Assembly (NCBI GenBank): GCA_030527065.1
Contig: JAUNBO010000001.1
Coordinates: forward strand, 1-26,237
Reading direction: 5' to 3'
From: Bacillota bacterium
GTDB taxonomy: Bacteria; Bacillota; Clostridia; Peptostreptococcales; Anaerovoracaceae
Length of the DNA stretch: 26,237 nt
In this document: positions 23,917-26,237 of the stretch, one piece after another
How positions within the stretch are numbered: the stretch's first letter is position 1
How the letters are laid out: the number at the start of each line of letters is the position of its first letter
The notes under the pieces: model-generated
Told to the model about the DNA's origin: nothing
The model's database searches: none
Seen by the model: the letters and a program-made list of their open reading frames with translations, nothing else
Position numbers and translations under genes: made by a program

Positions 23917-26237
23917 ATGCTGGTACCTGTTGAATGGTTGAAAGAATATACGGATATCCCTGTGGATGCGGAGACCTTCTGCGCAAGGATGGTCATGTCC
24001 GGCTCCAACATAGAAACGGTGGAGAAGACCGGGGAAAACATCGAAGAAGTGGTGGTGGGCAGGGTCCTGTCCATAGAGAAGCACCCGGATGCGGACAAGC
24101 TGGTGGTGTGCCGGGTGGACGCAGGGCAGGAGAGGCCGCTGCAGGTGGTGACGGGAGCCCCCAACGTGTCCGAAGGGGCCCTGATCCCGGTGGCCCTTCA
24201 CGGCAGCAGGCTGCCGGACGGCACCGTCATAAAGAAAGGAAAGCTCCGGGGAGTGGAATCGGAGGGCATGTTCTGCTCTTTCCGGGAGCTGGGATACGAG
24301 GATAAGGTGGTCCCCGTGGTTTTTCGGGACGGCGTGTGGATCCTGGAAGAGGACGCTGTGCCGGGGACGGAGATCGTGGAGGCCATGGGCCTGGCGGATA
24401 CGGCGGTGGATTTTGAGATCACTCCCAACAGGCCGGATTGCCTTTCCATGCTGGGCATGGCCAGGGAGGCGGCGGCCACTTTGGGAACGGAGCTGCGCTA
24501 TCCGGAAACCGTGTGCCGGGCCGTCAGAGGAAAGGCGGAGGACTACCTTTCCGTGGAGATACGGAAGCCGGAGCTGTGCCGGCGCTATGTGGCCCGCATC
24601 GTCACCAACGTAAAGATAGAGCAATCCCCCTGGTGGCTGCAGCGGCGGCTCATGCATGCGGGAATGAGGCCCATCAACAACATCGTGGACATCACCAATT
24701 ATGTGATGCTGGAATACGGACAGCCCATCCACGCCTTCGATATCCGCAACGTGCTGGACCGGAAGATCATCGTGGACACCGCCGGGGAAGGAGAGCTCTT
24801 CACCACCCTGGACGGCACGGAGCGCAGGCTTTCGGAGGGAATGCTGCTCATTAAGGACGGCCGGCGGGGCGTGGCCCTGGCCGGCGTCATGGGGGGCCTG
24901 AACTCGGAGATAGAAGCGGATACGGACACCATCCTGATAGAATCCGCCAATTTCGACGGAGCCAGCGTCCGCTCCACTTCCAAAAAGCTGGGGCTGCGGA
25001 CAGAGGCCTCCGCCCGCTTTGAAAAGGGCATAGATCCCAATCTGGCGGCGGCGGCGGCGGACCGGGTCTGCAAGCTCATAGAGCTGCTGGGGGCCGGGAC
25101 GGTGGCGGCGGGAGCCGTGGACTGCTATCCTGAGCCCCGGAAAGCCAGCCCGGTGCTGGTGCGGCCCGCCAGGGCCAACAGCCTCCTGGGGATAGAGCTG
25201 ACCACGAAGGAGATGGAGGCCATCTTCCGCAGCCTGGAAATGGAGACCCTCCGGGAAGAGGGCCAGCTGCTGGTAACTCCTCCCACCGTCCGCCAGGACC
25301 TGGAGACGGAGATAGACTTTATAGAGGAGATCGCCAGGCTTTACGGCTATGACAAATTGCCTGTGACCCTTCCCAAAGACCATTGCCGTTCCGGCAAGCC
25401 TCTCCGGCGTCAGCTGAGGGACCTGGCCAGGGACACTCTGGCGGGCCTGGGACTGGATGAGATACAGACCTATTCCTTCTTCAGCCCCAAAAGCGTGGAA
25501 AGCATGGGAGTGCCGGCGGAGGCGGAGGAGCGGAAGCTGGTGCGGCTCCTCAACCCCCTGGGGGACGAAAACAGCGTCATGCGCACCCTGCTGCTGCCCA
25601 ATCTGCTGGAGACCATGGGCCGCAATTACTCCCGGAGTATAGAGGAAGTCCGGCTCTTTGAGTTGGGGAACACCTTCTTCGATATTCCCGGAGAGGAAGG
25701 GCTACCTCAGGAGAGGGAGTCCCTGAGCATAGGCCTTTACGGGGGCCAGGGGGACTTCTTCACCCTCAAGGGCATAGTGGAAGCCCTGCTGAAAAAGCTG
25801 GGCGTGGGGGATGCGGTATTCCGGGCGGAAACAGAGATCCCGGCTTATCATCCCGGCCGCTGCGCCTCCGTCAGCTGCCGGGGGATGCTCCTGGGATACA
25901 TCGGCGAGCTGCACCCGGATATGGCCGAAAAGTACGGCATGGATCTGCGGGTCTGTTGCGGAGAGCTGTCCTTCGGGAAGCTGGCGGAATGTGTGGATCT
26001 GCGGAAGGCGTATAAGCCCCTGCCCAAATACCCCGCCGTATCCAGGGACGTGGCCCTGCTGGTGGACGAGGAAATCTGTGCGGGCAGCCTTGGAGAGGCC
26101 ATTTCGGCGGCGGCGGGCCCGCTGCTGGAAAAGACGGAGCTTTTCGACGTCTACCGGGGCAAGCAGGTGCCGGAAGGAAAGAAGAGCGTCGCCTTTGCCC
26201 TCACCTACCGGGCGCCGGACCGGACTCTCACCGACGA
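23917..26237 (+). CDS. pheT: Phenylalanine--tRNA ligase beta subunit (partial, runs off window)
   Basis: My translation from ATG 23917 gives MLVPVEWLKEY...HPDADKL...VVTGAPNV...ITPNRPDC...RPINNIVDITNY...RFEKGID...KYPAVSRD...RTLTD. It is absent from the ORF track, apparently because no stop is reached. Confidence 0.97.
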   Translation, partial: MLVPVEWLKEYTDIPVDAETFCARMVMSGSNIETVEKTGENIEEVVVGRVLSIEKHPDADKLVVCRVDAGQERPLQVVTGAPNVSEGALIPVALHGSRLPDGTVIKKGKLRGVESEGMFCSFRELGYEDKVVPVVFRDGVWILEEDAVPGTEIVEAMGLADTAVDFEITPNRPDCLSMLGMAREAAATLGTELRYPETVCRAVRGKAEDYLSVEIRKPELCRRYVARIVTNVKIEQSPWWLQRRLMHAGMRPINNIVDITNYVMLEYGQPIHAFDIRNVLDRKIIVDTAGEGELFTTLDGTERRLSEGMLLIKDGRRGVALAGVMGGLNSEIEADTDTILIESANFDGASVRSTSKKLGLRTEASARFEKGIDPNLAAAAADRVCKLIELLGAGTVAAGAVDCYPEPRKASPVLVRPARANSLLGIELTTKEMEAIFRSLEMETLREEGQLLVTPPTVRQDLETEIDFIEEIARLYGYDKLPVTLPKDHCRSGKPLRRQLRDLARDTLAGLGLDEIQTYSFFSPKSVESMGVPAEAEERKLVRLLNPLGDENSVMRTLLLPNLLETMGRNYSRSIEEVRLFELGNTFFDIPGEEGLPQERESLSIGLYGGQGDFFTLKGIVEALLKKLGVGDAVFRAETEIPAYHPGRCASVSCRGMLLGYIGELHPDMAEKYGMDLRVCCGELSFGKLAECVDLRKAYKPLPKYPAVSRDVALLVDEEICAGSLGEAISAAAGPLLEKTELFDVYRGKQVPEGKKSVAFALTYRAPDRTLTD

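Noticed and set aside
21273-24164. 963-aa minus-strand ORF opposite ftsZ-trmH-pheS
   Set aside because: Same in-register shadow effect: ftsZ, trmH and pheS all start at 0 mod 3.

Overview
GC-rich window, most likely from an endospore-forming clostridial Firmicute; this is inferred from gene order and content, not from a database search. From left to right: the tail of an ABC-type envelope module (a large single-pass Ig-like/COG1361-type protein plus a MacB/FtsX-type permease); a convergent 419-aa protein with 42 Cys, probably a spore coat/exosporium protein; the division and cell wall (dcw) cluster mraZ-rsmH-ftsL-spoVD/ftsI-murE-murF-mraY-murD-ftsW/spoVE-murG-murA-ftsQ-DUF881-DUF881-sbp-ftsZ, with no ftsA; an intrinsic terminator; then a TrmH-family methyltransferase, pheS and pheT, which runs off the right edge. 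No rRNA, tRNA, mobile element or CRISPR array was seen. Most notable: (1) the dcw MurE lacks its N-terminal UDP-binding domain yet has a strong dedicated RBS and intact catalytic and meso-DAP motifs; (2) the octamer TCGCATAT lies upstream of the Cys-rich gene, spoVD and murA, and two of the copies form full sigmaK-like promoters; (3) sigmaA-like promoters lie inside murE, murA, ftsQ and trmH, suggesting interleaved vegetative and sporulation transcription units; (4) pheST has no T-box leader. All promoter and RNA-structure calls were made by eye and are unvalidated.
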